Shown: positions 1 through 50,939, numbered from the stretch's first letter. The stretch: DNA of 64,000 nucleotides from Octopus vulgaris (GCA_951406725.2 OX597819.1:103974001-104038000), one strand, 5' to 3'. Made by a program: numbers and translations. Notes: a model not told the origin generated them from the letters alone.

Positions 1-449
1 CTTGCCTGTCAGCTTTCACAGTTGGGAGCCTTACTAGTAGTGATAGCAGGGCTATATCTGTTATGCATTCAGAGTTTGCATCTCTAAGCCGTTTGAAATA
101 TTGCGTCTCGAGACACGACAGCTTGCATTTTCAGAGATTTCAACACTGCGTTCATCACGACGCAATCGAAGAACTTTTCACTAATATCTTTTACCCTGAG
201 AGCAACAGTATATGAAACCATATTTGCAATTAAATTGTAAAGTTCGGGTAGCTTTAACCTTTCACCGATGATTATATTTTCTGAAATGGAATGGCATTTT
301 ACGTACGTATGATTTTAAAACAGTAGGTAGTTGGACGTATTTTTGTATTCCTATGTTCTGGAAAGGACGCATTAAATACATTTTTGTACACAAAACTAAA
401 TAGTCTTCTGGCAGTTTTCAGTCTAGTGTTTTATTTCCTTTTCTTTCAA

Positions 450-505
<56 letters not shown>

Positions 506-526
506 ACACACACACACATACACATA

Positions 527-599
<73 letters not shown>

Positions 600-603
<4 letters not shown>

Positions 604-1887
604 GTCATCCAATAAGTTCTGTCCGATTTTACCTTTTTCAAAATTATATGAAATTTAATAGTATTTTAGAATGCCTAATGGAATTAAAAACTATTTTTAT
701 GCATTTGCATACATTTAAAGTAATTAAATATTATTTTACAGAATAATAGAATTAAAATTTTTTTGATTAAAACCCTTTCTAACGTGAAAGTATCCAAAGA
801 GCATTTAAGGCCCATAATGCTTTATGCGTCCAAAAAAGGAAACTCTGCAACCGAAGCGACTCGAAACATGCACTTAGTTTATGGGAAGGAATGCTTGAAT
901 GAAAGAACTTGCAGAAGATGGTTTGCAAAATTCAGAAGTGGAGATTTCAGGCTTGAAGATGAAGATCGAACAGGCCATCCAGTTGAGTTTGATGATAAGC
1001 TCCTTGAGGCATTACTTGAAGAAAATCCTGCATTATTAGTCGAAGATAAATAAAGCTTAGTTCAAACCATGCAATTGTTCATCGCTATCTTCAACAGTTT
1101 GGAAAGGTTTCTAAATTTTGAAAATGTGTGCCTCATGAACTGTCCGAAAGCAACCGCGAATCATGAGTTGACATCTACTGTTCTCTCCATTCTCGCGAAA
1201 TCATTTCACCCTTATTGGATAGACTTGTGACTGGTGACGAAAAATGGATCTTCTATCGAAATGTTAAACGTCGTAAACAGTGGCTTGGTAAAAGGAAAAA
1301 AAAAACTCAACCACAACAGAAAAATGGAACTTCATGGGGAAAATGTTCTTCTCTCTATCTGGTGGGAGTGCAAAGGAGTAATTCACTTTGAATTGTTACC
1401 ACCTAATGCAACAATCATTGCTCAAATCTACTGTCAGCAATTAGAGCGTTTGAACCAAGCTTTGAAGAAACAAAGACCCGCTTTAGTGAATCGGAAAGGA
1501 GTGATGTTTCATCAGGACAATGCACGACCCCACACTGCAAAGATCACATCACAGAAGATCAAAGAGCTTCGTTGGGAAAAATTCCTCATCCACCTTTATT
1601 CACCCGATCTTGCTACTTCAGACTACCATTTGTGTCGTAGTTTACAGAATCATTTGGGGGACATAAATTTCGCAAGCTAGGAGGAGGTCGAAACTGACAT
1701 TTCAGAGTTCTTCGCTTTGAAACCAAAATAGTTTTACATTCATGGGATTAAAAAGTTTGTAAATGGATGCAAGGAAGTCATAGATAATCAAGAATAGTAC
1801 ATTGATGATTAAATTTCAATTAAATATAACATTTGATCACTTGCTTTCTTTATTCAAAATTTGGACAGCTCTTATGGGATGACCTGA
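600..1887 (+). mobile_element. Full-length decayed mariner (DD34D) DNA transposon
   Basis: TIRs TCAGGTCATCCAATAAG / CTTATGGGATGACCTGA with TA on both sides. ORFs 763..1053 (HTH) and 1234..1680 carry VTGDEKW, HQDNARPH, YSPDLATSDY and a CVPHEL variant; stops and frameshifts present. Confidence 0.95.
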
Positions 1888-2664
1888 TAGCTTGTTAATA
1901 AAAGTTAGCTGTAAAAAGCAGAATGTTTTCTGATGCCACTTAGAATTGAGAGAAACCTAGATTTCAGTTCGTAATGTTGATGAATATTAATAGTGTTTTC
2001 ACATGTTTAATATAAAATAATCATTAAAATACTGTCATAACCAGCCTCACTCGATGTGCCATGATTAGCATCAGATATTTCATCAACATACCTTATTAAT
2101 CCCTGTTTCAAAATAAGAACCACAGAGACGACAAAGAATCATGTTACAATATTCCCATCTTCCACCTAGATCCTGAGATCTTGAGAAACGTTTATTTCTG
2201 CAGTAGACCTCTGTATATAACCAATGAAACAAATTTTAAAATACAAGAACATCTTAACAGAGTTAAGATATATATTACTCCGAGCTTGAAGGCATTATTG
2301 TAAGATTCATCGATATTTTTAAATATTCAAAACGCTAAACATCACACCAAATTCTGAAAAATATATAATTATAATATGTATAATTCACTTATAATTATGA
2401 ATATAATTATGATATTTATCATTCTTTTTTTTTTGGTAAATATAAATGAAAAAGCAATTCATATCACGTTGTCTTTAATGCACACTATCATAAAATCTAA
2501 TTAAAACAAAGACTTATCTCTTCCATCGATAAAATACGTATTACAAATACCATTTAATAGCATTGCTTTAGAGCAGAATTAAATATTGTAATTTAAATGT
2601 AATAGTTCTTTAGTATGGTTAACAGTGCTGAAGAGTTAAAAAAATATTTTTATCAAATTTCTAG

Positions 2665-40305
<37,641 letters not shown>

Positions 40306-40559
40306 GTAAGATCTTTTTTAATAATTAATTTTGTATTATCGAAGAACTGGCTGCGTAATAACCGTTAATTCCAAACAGAAATTATATTTGCCAATTTACG
40401 TTTCACATAAAATTCACAATAATGTTTGAGAATGAAATATTGCTTTTGCTAATATTAGTATGTACATATTTGCTTTTAGATATCACTTCATGATAGAATC
40501 ATAGAAGCGCTGCGATATGCTGAGTACTAAGTTATACCATCAGTTAGAGGAATGCACCA

Positions 40560-41600
40560 AATATCACTTTACCTCCAATAACTTCTGTACATGACCACAT
40601 TTCCTCTCCCAAGCTCTCCTCTTTCCATACACAGCTTCCTAAATAATGACCTGTGGCAGATTACTAGATATTCTTAAATTTACACATCTCAGATTTCCTT
40701 TCTACAGATTTGCGATACAGTCTTCGGTGTTACATTTTCGTAGATGGTTCTGCGTACCTCTTTATTGATTATCTGGTCGAAGTATGAAGTTCCTTGTAGT
40801 TTCCGTCTCATTTCGATTGCGTGTATTTTCCTCTGTGTCTAAGTTATAAGGTCCATATTTCGCATGCATGTGGAGATTGTTGGATACCTCTGCTGTACGA
40901 TACCTGTACTTAATTTTACCTTATTCTTTATGGCGGTGTTTCTGATCTTTCTTATTGGCTCAGTTTTTGTTTTACAGAATACACTTTAGAAGGATCTTGG
41001 ACTTGATACTTGCTCAATAGTATTACATCCACTTATATGAGTTACTTTGGACATTGGTGTCTGTTCTGACAAAACCTGTGGAATTTGCTCTGAGGATATT
41101 TTGTGAAGTTTTTATTCAAATATATTGGAGAAACGACCTGCCATAGAGAGCGGAATAGGCGATCCACTCATTCCTAATGTGGCGCAGATCTCACTTTTCT
41201 TTGGTGCCTTACTGTAAACGTGTTTTGAGAATGAGGCAGTGTCTTCCCACTTATAAAAGTTTTCATGATATTTCATAAAACACATATATGAAGTCCATGA
41301 AAACATCCTAAAATTGTGTTCTTTATTGACGGTATTTCACGTTGAGAAAGCTGAGTTGCAGATCTGATTAGTGTTATTTTTTCACTTAGTGGATTCTCCT
41401 TATCCTTCTTCTATTATGTTAACTTTCAGAGTTCTTAATTGTTTTCTATTCTGAGTGCTACGTTGCTTGCAAGAATCGTCTTGTCGAAAAGATAAACATT
41501 TAGATACAGTTGTTGTTACTGAAATATAGAATTCAGTACAAGATAACTTCAATATTAAGGTATACTGAGTGGACAAGTGAAGGAAATATCCTTCCATCAG
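40560..41600 (-). mobile_element. Heavily decayed RTE-like LINE 3' region
   Basis: - strand remnants such as HACEIWTL (compare YACETWTL) and IEQVSS; boundaries approximate. Confidence 0.45.
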
Positions 41601-41857
41601 TGACGTCCTAGTCGAATATCACACTGATTCACTGACTGCTTTTTATTGTCTAACCAGGAGTTAGTGGAGATATATAAACAGACTGAAGTTCTATTTCACA
41701 GAAAAACGGCTAATATGCCTATACGGAGTATCGTAAATTCCCCTATATCATATCATATTAGATAATTAGATATCCTCACTGTAGGTAGACCATCTTTCAC
41801 TATATCTGTAAAGAAATTGGACAGATGTTTAATTTGAGCTTTTTATTTTTCACACTT

Positions 41858-42168
41858 GGCATTCTAAGTGTTACGACGACGAGTGCTCTGGTTGTTCCGA
41901 TCAACGGAAGTGTCTACTCTTCAAATGAACAAGTACCTGATCACTTCACAAACTCGTGTGACATTATCGTGGTCCTCGGGGTGTTTCAGCATGACAAGGA
42001 GTTTGAAAAGGCTGGCCTTTTCAGTTACAACTCATTTTTGCCAGGTAGGTGGACTACAACAACCTGAAATAAAGTGTTTACCCAAGGACACAACGTTCCG
42101 CCGGGAATCGAATTCACAATCTTGTGATCATAAGCCGAATACCCTAACCACTATGACACGTGCCTTTA
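41858..42168 (-). mobile_element. tRNA-derived SINE, older subfamily
   Basis: - strand head TAGTGGTTAGGGTATTCGGC..GTGAATTCGATTCCCGG; tail resembles that of 3187-3545. Confidence 0.7.
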
Positions 42169-42272
42169 TGAAGCATTGTATGAGGTTTAAAACAGTGTTA
42201 CACAGCTTTTTATCCTATCCGACACTTTAGTTTCTATAAAAACACACTCCATTATGTACGGACTAAGTATAT

Positions 42273-42327
<55 letters not shown>

Positions 42328-42375
42328 TTCTAAGTTTCTCTAAAGGAGACAACGGCAGCGGTACCGGATATGAAA

Positions 42376-42744
42376 AGTTTTCGCCAAGCTAATATGGTAG
42401 TCCAGAAATATTGGACGAATGCTGCCGTTGATTAGCTCCAAGATGTCATCGCCTCTAGCTAGCTATGTGACACACGAACCTGTATTCATATAACCTTCGA
42501 ACAGATGGTTAGTAGCGACGCCTGCTGGGTTCGGCTTCTGTGCATTGATAAGGGGCAAATACTCTGAAACTAAGCTGCAGATGCCTGACCAGCAAGGGGA
42601 AGCGGCTAATCGCCCTGTTCGAAGGTTATAATGAACACAGGTTCGTGTGTCACATAGCTAGCTAGAAGCGATGACCTCTTGGAGCTAATCAACGGCAGCA
42701 TTCGTCCTATATTCCTGGACTGCCATATTAGCTTGGCGATAACT
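42376..42744. mobile_element. MITE/foldback element with long TIRs
   Basis: ~130-bp arms: TCGCCAAGCTAATATGG..GCTAGCTATGTGACACACGAACCTGT..TAACCTTCGAACAG and its reverse complement. Confidence 0.85.
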
Positions 42745-42757
42745 ATTAATATATATA

Positions 42758-43930
42758 TCTTTATATATATAAAACTGAGAATGTGTGTCTGTCTGTCTGT
42801 TTCCCTAAAACTTGAGAACTACACAACCAATTTCATTCAAATTTTACACATGCCTTACTTAGGGTTTGGGGAGTATCATCGGCAAAGAAAATTTGGAACT
42901 TTTTGTCTAGGGCGAGCCCACAGCAATATCATATCTTCTCCACTACGATTCTCTAAAACTTGAGAACTACACAACCAATTCCATTCAAATTTTACGCATG
43001 CCTTACTTAGGATCCATGTACTTTCATGGGCAAAAACAAAAATGTTCAACTTCTTGCCTAGAGCGAGCCCATAACAATATAATATATTCTCCACTATTTC
43101 AGTATTACGTGTTAAAAGTGAAACAAAAACGTTTCTCTATTTTATGTCAGATACTTTCACTTTAACAATAAAAATAATAATAACAATTGAATTATATGTA
43201 GTAAGTAATAATTAAAATCAAACTAAAGTATAATATAATCGTAACATAACAAAATTAAAAATAGCAATTGGTATAAAATTGCGTCAATGATTTGAACTTG
43301 AATAAGTGGTTTCACATGAATGGGAATAAATTAAAAATAAAATTAGCGTGCAGAAATGTAATAGTCCAGATTGATAATAAAAAATTAAATTAAAGAAAAG
43401 ACTATAGTCTATAAAGTATACAATGTAGAGAAAAAAGAAGATTTGAACACATGGAGGAAAGCATCTTCGAAAATTGTCTTGGTGCGACTATGAAAGGTAT
43501 CTAATCAGAGGCGGTAAATTCCCAACAATAGAAGCAATGTTCAAGTCAACGGAGCGTGCAAGGGAGTACTCGACTCGAACTTGCAAAGTGGAAATATTTT
43601 ATTTTTACCTTTCTCTCTGGGACGTAGGACGTCCCGGATAAAAATTTAAAATGTCCCCCCAGAAGTAGAGGTAGGCTGGATTCTAGCCACACTTCTATAC
43701 AAGAGGGAGGACAAGATACAATTGATCGAAATTACAAGAGGCTAACAATTCCAGTCTGTTATATATTTTGAGTATTGTTATCACTAGCGATATCAAGATA
43801 TAACTTTGTATTTTGTATTGTATGTGTAGATGTATATATATATAGATGTACATGTAATATGTACACATATATATACACATATATACATGCACTAGCACTT
43901 TGACCCGGCAACGACGGGTCTCTAATGCTA

Positions 43931-43931
<1 letters not shown>
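42758..43931 (+). mobile_element. Non-autonomous Helitron, copy 2 (intact ends)
   Basis: A|TC ... GACCCG-GCAACGA-CGGGTC ... CTAG|T; internal ~150-bp tandem duplication. Confidence 0.88.
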
Positions 43932-43971
<40 letters not shown>

Positions 43972-44249
43972 CATTATATTATATTGTTAAATATGCATAT
44001 ATGTCCATATGTATACGTGTGTGTCTGAGTGTGTTTATGCGTGTGTGTAGAAAACGAGTTATAATGAAAATTTTAACCGTTATTGCAAGATTTACTCCCT
44101 AGCTACTCTTACGTTCCACTCTGAAATTATATTCCTCAACAGTTAGCTGTGCGCACAACCATCGAAGATATTTGGGTTTTGTATATATATATATACAGAA
44201 AGATGTAGGAAATATCCATACGAAACAAAGAAACTGAATACGCAGAACA

Positions 44250-44700
44250 CGTTGAGATCCTAGTACAATGATGTAGAATTCTTGATTATGGACCCTGTCG
44301 AACTTGTATATCATCTCATGTTCTACTAAAGTAGAGTGCCAGCACTTTCTTGATCTGTACTTTTCTAGTGTTTTTGCATTCCATATGGCAATTGCTCAGT
44401 CTTCCAGGAACCAGTCCTGTCGCACCATCAACATGATATTCTCACATGTAGACGAATAGGGTAGAAATTTTTAAATCCATGTTGATACAGTTAGGGTATA
44501 GAGTTACTTTGGGGTGGGGGGAGTGAGTTTACCATTCTTCCCGCTCAATCGCAGCATATTTCTACGGACGAGATGGATTCTTATTCGTGAACACGAAGCT
44601 ATTACAATTCATCAGGAAATATTTTCTCTTCAAGCCGGTAATTTTATTATGGAAATGACATTTCCACTGGTGCTGTTAGGAGCACCTCCTCATTTAGATT
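44250..44700 (-). mobile_element. Possible decayed 3' end of an R4/Dong-like non-LTR element
   Basis: - strand remnants resembling VVGA.G.IP and VQIKKVLA; very degraded. Confidence 0.3.
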
Positions 44701-45462
44701 TACCTGGCAGCTAAGAAAGAAATCTTGGTGTTAGTTGACTACCAGAGATAACCATCCTTTATTCTAAATTGGGGAGCAGTATGCCATCTATCAAAGATGC
44801 TACCTTGATCAAGGGCAACCTTATATTCTAAGAAATTGTTTCCATCATTTCTGAAATCAATATTTTAATAAACAATACTGCACATCTTGCAGCAGTAGCC
44901 TAGCTTGTTATATCCTTAGAGTTTTTATGATTCTGTTTATTTTCTAATTAATCGTTAGTAGATATCCTCCCATTTAATATCGATGTTATTAAGTTAACAT
45001 AAATGACATTCGCAATTTTATAAAGTAGAAAAATTTATTAATCCACATGATAAAAGTTAAAAGAAAATTGAAAATGCGAAACTATGAACCATCCTCAGAA
45101 TGTAATGGTCCTGTGTTCTCAAAGAATTGGAAATAAACTGGATTTGATTCTCAGAGTTAAACCCTATTGATTTGTAAAATATCAAACAAAGTGATATTAA
45201 AATAATTTCAAACATGAATTACTTTGTATAGTGTCAAGCAAAAATATAATTATTATAATTATTCCTTATATCTAAACCAATCATGAGAGCTAAGAGCATG
45301 GCTTTCACCTGCTTCACCATCTTCCAAATATTGTTCTTGTTCTATCGAATTGATTGAATTCAGATTCATTTGCTGAAGACATATTTGATATGGGTATATT
45401 CATACAAGATACATTAGGTTTATATAGCTTTCACTTTCACTGTCGAATAATTTTATTTTCAG

Positions 45463-45510
45463 TTTAACACATATCAGAAGGTCGAAAACACTGGATGTAA
45501 CACTACTGAG
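45463..45510 (+). other. Candidate downstream 48-nt exon of the Cys-repeat gene; if joined directly to B8 it adds F then a TAA stop
   Basis: Strong acceptor ttttattttcag and donor GAG|gtaaat; link to the gene is inferred. Confidence 0.35.
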
Positions 45511-46304
45511 GTAAATATTATATTTCTAACACTGTTATCATTGTAATGCCTATTAAATATCGCTTGTACATCATAGTTCCGCTGGAATAACTTAATTGTT
45601 GGGTGTAGATAACATGAGATTTGCGGGCCCTTCATAAAAAGTGAGTGTGATACAGTTAAGGTCTTATTTAAACGGTTGATGTTCGATTCCTGCGGGAAAC
45701 ACGTGGGCAGAGAGGAGATTGAAAATGGATCAGATTATGGAGAGGTAGGTTCGGGCATGATGCAGCTTTGTGAGCTATATATAAGAGTGATGAGAGATTG
45801 AGACACAAGAGAGCCGAAGATCCCAGAGTGGAAGGCGTACGAGACTAACCAGCTCCGATGCACTGAAGCTCTTATACCAGCTTTAGAAGGGACAGAGGCA
45901 GGAGAGAGCATGCTTGAGCCTGGAGTGTGCCTGTAAACGATTTCATGACAATCAGTCGAGTGTCCATTTACTAGATGCGATCGAGTATGTCAGCACATAA
46001 GCCTTACAGTATCCAAGACATGCAGTTATTACACCACTGTGGTCCTCACTTTAGTTTACCGTGATTGTGGAAGCGCCAGTCTCTGAGAAACGTGTCAAAT
46101 TATGTTAAAATTCTGCTTTCATCAAGAGATATCCCCGGCGATTATGTAACCTTGTAGCATTTGGAGTGACTATGATGGCACTTGCTGATTTCTACTTGTG
46201 TTTAGAGTGGGCGGCATGGGATGTATAGCTAATGTTTCTTCAATATGCCTGTTTAAAATTCTAAAGAAATATTTAAAGATATATTTTTTTGGTTTTCTTT
46301 ACAG

Positions 46305-46400
46305 AGCAGACTCCAATTAGCAATGAATCCTGAAGCTGTGATTATTGCACATTTTTAAAATTTATATAAAATAAAATTGGGTTTTGAAATAATTCTTAGT
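46305..46400 (+). other. Candidate terminal exon with poly(A) signal
   Basis: Acceptor ttttctttacag at 46304 and AATAAA near 46370. Confidence 0.3.
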
Positions 46401-47232
46401 GTATCTGTTATTTTACAGTTTTCTCAAATAGAGGTAGTTACAAAACAATGCATCATTATTTGATTTTGCAGTATTTCGGTGGAAGTCGAGGTCAACGTTT
46501 GTAGATTGAAGGATTTCAGATATACATAATGCACGGGCTAAATTATGCTGGCGCTAGTCGTTAAATTCAATAACACACTGTTCTGTACCGACTACAGTTG
46601 CTATTTTTCAAAGACACAGTAATAGATATGTTAAACTGTAAGACGTCATTGGTCGAGTAATGTGGTGGTTGTTTCTATTATAATTCGTTGACAGCAGGGC
46701 AGTGTTTGCTGTACAACTATTACTAACTTTGCTTATTGAAAAACTGCATGTTTTAACACAGTAGGGGTATGTTTAATGAGAATACTAAATATTTTTGTAT
46801 GGAAAAAATATTCTCGCTTTTTAGGAATATATTCCGTTTGTTAAATTGATACATGTTTATTAAAACGAGACATTTGTAATACATAGAAATATATCATTGC
46901 TAAACTTTATCAAACGCTTTCATATCAGCTGACGACCTGATTAATTACAACTCTATATTCTAGATCCTAATGTCACTAAACACTGAAACGTCCAAAGCAA
47001 AAGGACTGTACTCCATAGCATTTGCATTTGATGATTTAGGGTTTAGTGACCACAAGATCTAGAGTATCGTATTATTGTCACATAGTGGGTTGCCAGTAGA
47101 TCCGAAAGTCTTTGATAAAATACCAATATAATATGTTTGTAGATATTGCATGTCCACACACACACACACACATACATGCATGCATGCATGCATACATACA
47201 TACATACATACATACATACATACATACATACA

Positions 47233-47268
<36 letters not shown>

Positions 47269-47545
47269 TATATGTGCATATGTTCTAAATTGTGTTATGG
47301 GAAACATTTTGGATGTGCAAATGAAGCTCCTATTTCATTATGCCGGCAAAGGGTATACTGATGCTGACTAGTGATCCAGTTTTTAGGGCTGCATCAAGTC
47401 GTACCAATATAAAGTAGGATAAATGTAATAATAATGATAATAACAATAATCCTTGAATGGAATTTACAAAAACTTAATTCATTGCTACGCGCATTTCGTC
47501 AATTCACAACTCTTAAGATATATGCGAGCATACGCACACACACAC

Positions 47546-47638
<93 letters not shown>

Positions 47639-47679
47639 TTGTGTGTATAATTTTTTCATACGCCAGATTTAAATGTAAA

Positions 47680-47952
47680 TAATAATGATGGTACTTTTAT
47701 ATAAGCTGAAAGCTTATGGCGATCACCGTGTATTGAATATGAAAAATAGTTTAATAAAGGGGCATATAAGCGCTTGACAGAAAAAAGAAGGCATTCCTAT
47801 CCACGTTGGAGGAAAGTCTTCCTATCCCACGCGGACAGGAAAGCCTTCTTTTTTCTGCCGGTGGTTTATATGCCCCTTTATTGGACTGTTTTCCTTAGTG
47901 ATTGCACGGTGATCATCATGAGCTTTAGGGTTACATAAAAATATCATTATAC
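47680..47952. repeat. Head-to-head pair of diverged copies of a dispersed repeat
   Basis: AATAAAGGGGCATATAAG..CAGAAAAAAGAAGGC mirrored by GCCTTCTTTTTTCTG..TTATATGCCCCTTTATT; a single copy lies at ~26290-26450. Confidence 0.7.
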
Positions 47953-47960
47953 ATACATAC

Positions 47961-48064
<104 letters not shown>

Positions 48065-48074
48065 TGTGTGTGTG

Positions 48075-48760
48075 AACAGAGGATCACAATTAAAACTAGT
48101 TTCGCTTGTGCCTCTGAGAACCTAATTTATGTAATAACCTGCATTGGGTTGCGGACACAACTATATTGGACAAACGAGTATGACCCTGAGAAAGAGAACC
48201 ACTCTACCTAAAGAGCAAATCCGTTTCCCGCAATACAGGCAAATTCCTGTCAATGAATATATAGAAAAATGTGCACATAACATCAAACCGAATTTCACAA
48301 TCCTCCTCTTCTAATAGTACAAAGACACAATATCTCCACAAGAACGTTTATATAAAGAAACTTTTTTCATTGAAAAATACAGAAAACATCTTCATATGCA
48401 CGCATAACCAACTTCTATCTTTTTACATATTTCAATTCACGATTACATCACTGTATATAAATCCCCTCACTAAACAAGGTTTTCGAAACTTGTTTTTGTC
48501 TGTACATATATATATATATATATATATTCCCCTCCCTTTAACGAAAACTGAGCATTTATCTCCCTTAGCCACAACAATAACAAAAATAACGATAACCAAT
48601 TACCTCCCCTTATTTATCTACTTGTGAAGCCATTCACACACAACATGGATAAAATTTCTTCTTAAGAAAAAATACATATTCAAATATGTAAAACATAATA
48701 TCATGAATAGCGATAGCGAAACCGGTCGATATATTAAAAATTATATTAAAGTATGTAAGT
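48075..48760 (+). mobile_element. Penelope-like GIY-YIG fragment, decayed
   Basis: ITIKTSFACASENLIYVITC parallels ORF 50037..50480; degenerate hammerhead ATATC..GCGATAGC-GAAACCGGTC-GATAT near 48700-48735. Confidence 0.7.
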
Positions 48761-48765
48761 GTGCG

Positions 48766-48800
<35 letters not shown>

Positions 48801-48884
48801 TGAGAAAGTTGGTGTGTGAAAGCACGTGGTTGAATATATAGAAAATAGTAAAAAGTGAAAAAACTACAGAAGGCTTGTTTTAAA

Positions 48885-50714
48885 AGGTTAAAAAATATAT
48901 TTAAGTCATTATGTCAGAAGAATGTTATAAATTCTGCAGAAAATTAAGACTAGCAGAAGCATCAACCAGTTTCAATACTGAAGATAAATCACTAGTCAAG
49001 AACAAAAGTGAACACATCCCCCACAGAGGAAGAAATAAAGATCTTGACGAGTTCTGCAGCCACATTGAGAACTTTCCCTACCATACTATACATAAACAGA
49101 CAGTTAACTCAAATTTTACACTACACAATGGAAGGAACTGATAGAACTTGAAAATGATGAAGATATAACCATTAAGGAAGCAGACAAAGGAAGTGAAGTT
49201 GTAATAATGGATACATCATACTATAGAAATCTTGTAATTTCCTTGCTTGATGGGAATTGCTATGGGTACAAGGGCAGCACCAGTCATTGCGAACCTAACA
49301 ATGGGCTACCTGGAAATAATTGTTTACCAGGAATCTTTATCAACCTTTGGAAATCCCATCTCTCAATACATAAAAGAGAATTGGAAACGATTCCTGGACG
49401 ATTGTTTTATACTCTGGAATGAAAACACAGATAAACTCCTAAAATTCAAAAACCTATTGAACAGTATCAACCCAAATATACAGTTCACAATGGAATACAA
49501 CCAAAAGGAGCTTCCATTCTTAGATATACTAATTAAAAAAATTAACCTTAAAATAGAAACAGACATTTTTTACAAAGCCACAGACGCCAAACAATACCTA
49601 CTTTTTGATTCATGCCACCCAAGACACACTAAAACAAACATCCCTTTCAACCTTGCAAGAAGGATATGCACAATAGTGTCAGAACAAAATACCAGGAACT
49701 TTAGACTACAAGAACTCAAAAACACCCTGATTGTCAGACACTACCCAACTCAACTCATAGAAGATGGGATCAGACGTGCAACAGAAATCGACATAGAAAC
49801 TTTGAGAAAAGTTCAACACAACAACACACCTTCCCCGAAAATACTGCCTTACATATCCACATACAACCCCAGAAACAAAGAAGCCTTCACCATCATCACC
49901 CAGAATTTACCAATACTTCATAAGGACCCCAAATTAAAGGAAATTCTAAACATACATAAAATCATTAAAAGCTACAAACAACCTAAATCACTTAAAAAGT
50001 TTCTCACAAAGGCAAAATTGCTTTCTGAAATTACGGATGCAAAAGTTAAAAAAATGTGGTAGAACAAACTGCGCAACATGCCCAAATCTTCTAGAAGGAT
50101 TAGAATTCCTCTTCAAAGAGGGACAAAAATTCAAGATCAAATCTAATTTTACTTGTGCTTCTGAAAACATAATTTATGTCATAAGATGCTCGTGCTGCCA
50201 CCAAAACTACGTGGGGTCCACGGGACTATCACTCAGACGTAGATGCACACTGCATCGACAACAGATTGCATTCTCAGAATACAGAATGATACCCTTTAGT
50301 GAGCATATTGAGAAATGCGCAAAGCAACTACTACCAGAATTTTTAATCTTTCCATTTTATCAATGTGCTATTGGAACACCAACACAAATTAGACTAAACA
50401 AGGAAACATTCTTCATTGAAAAATATAAGCCCAAACTTAACCACTCTAACATCCTTATACAGAGAAACTCACCCCATTAAGTAAAGAAGGCAAGAAATAT
50501 AAAGCGATTATCTCCATTATACCGGAAGAAATCACTTATTACCTCCCCTTACCTGGAACTCTTCTTGACACTTCATAACGAAGTCATAACACGATGTTTT
50601 GAGAAATTTGAAAAGTTAACACGAAACCGGTAATTTCTTCAAAAACTATGTCACTGTATGAAAAAATTTTATAACATTCTTCTGACATAATGACTTAAAT
50701 ATATTTTTTAACCT
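48885..50714 (+). mobile_element. Penelope-like retroelement (partial RT plus GIY-YIG) bracketed by 47-bp inverted repeats
   Basis: ORF 49247..50062 (GIAMGT, WKRFLDDCF, LPFLDI, SCHP) and ORF 50037..50480 (C..C..C, NIIYVIRC..C..NYVGST); frameshift near 50050; internal RT deletion near 49245. Confidence 0.92.
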
Positions 50715-50810
50715 GTATAACATATTATTATTTTAAGATATAAATTATATTAATATATAAAGATACCAGTAATTATTACAATATAACATACATGAATATA
50801 AATTGGGAAA

Positions 50811-50939
50811 ATAACTTACAGCTGTTTCAGCCAAGAGGCAAAAATACCTCATTCTACCTTTATTACTCGAGTAGACTGAAGTAATAAATAGATTAAATTG
50901 AGGTAATTGACTGTTTCTATAGGCTTCGTCAGTGATTAT
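50811..50939 (-). ncRNA. Hammerhead ribozyme motif with long stem II insertion
   Basis: - strand: CTGACGA-AGCC ...(~90 nt)... GGCT-GAAA-CAGCTG-TA; stem I imperfect. Confidence 0.6.

Noticed and set aside
1-87. Hydrophobic frame +1 peptide LGALLVVIAGLYLLCIQ resembling a signal peptide
   Set aside because: Runs into TAA at 85-87 and has no convincing donor to link it to exon A1.
45590-46200. GC-richer LTR-like block with a TATA-like motif
   Set aside because: No defined TG..CA ends, TSD or internal retroviral sequence.
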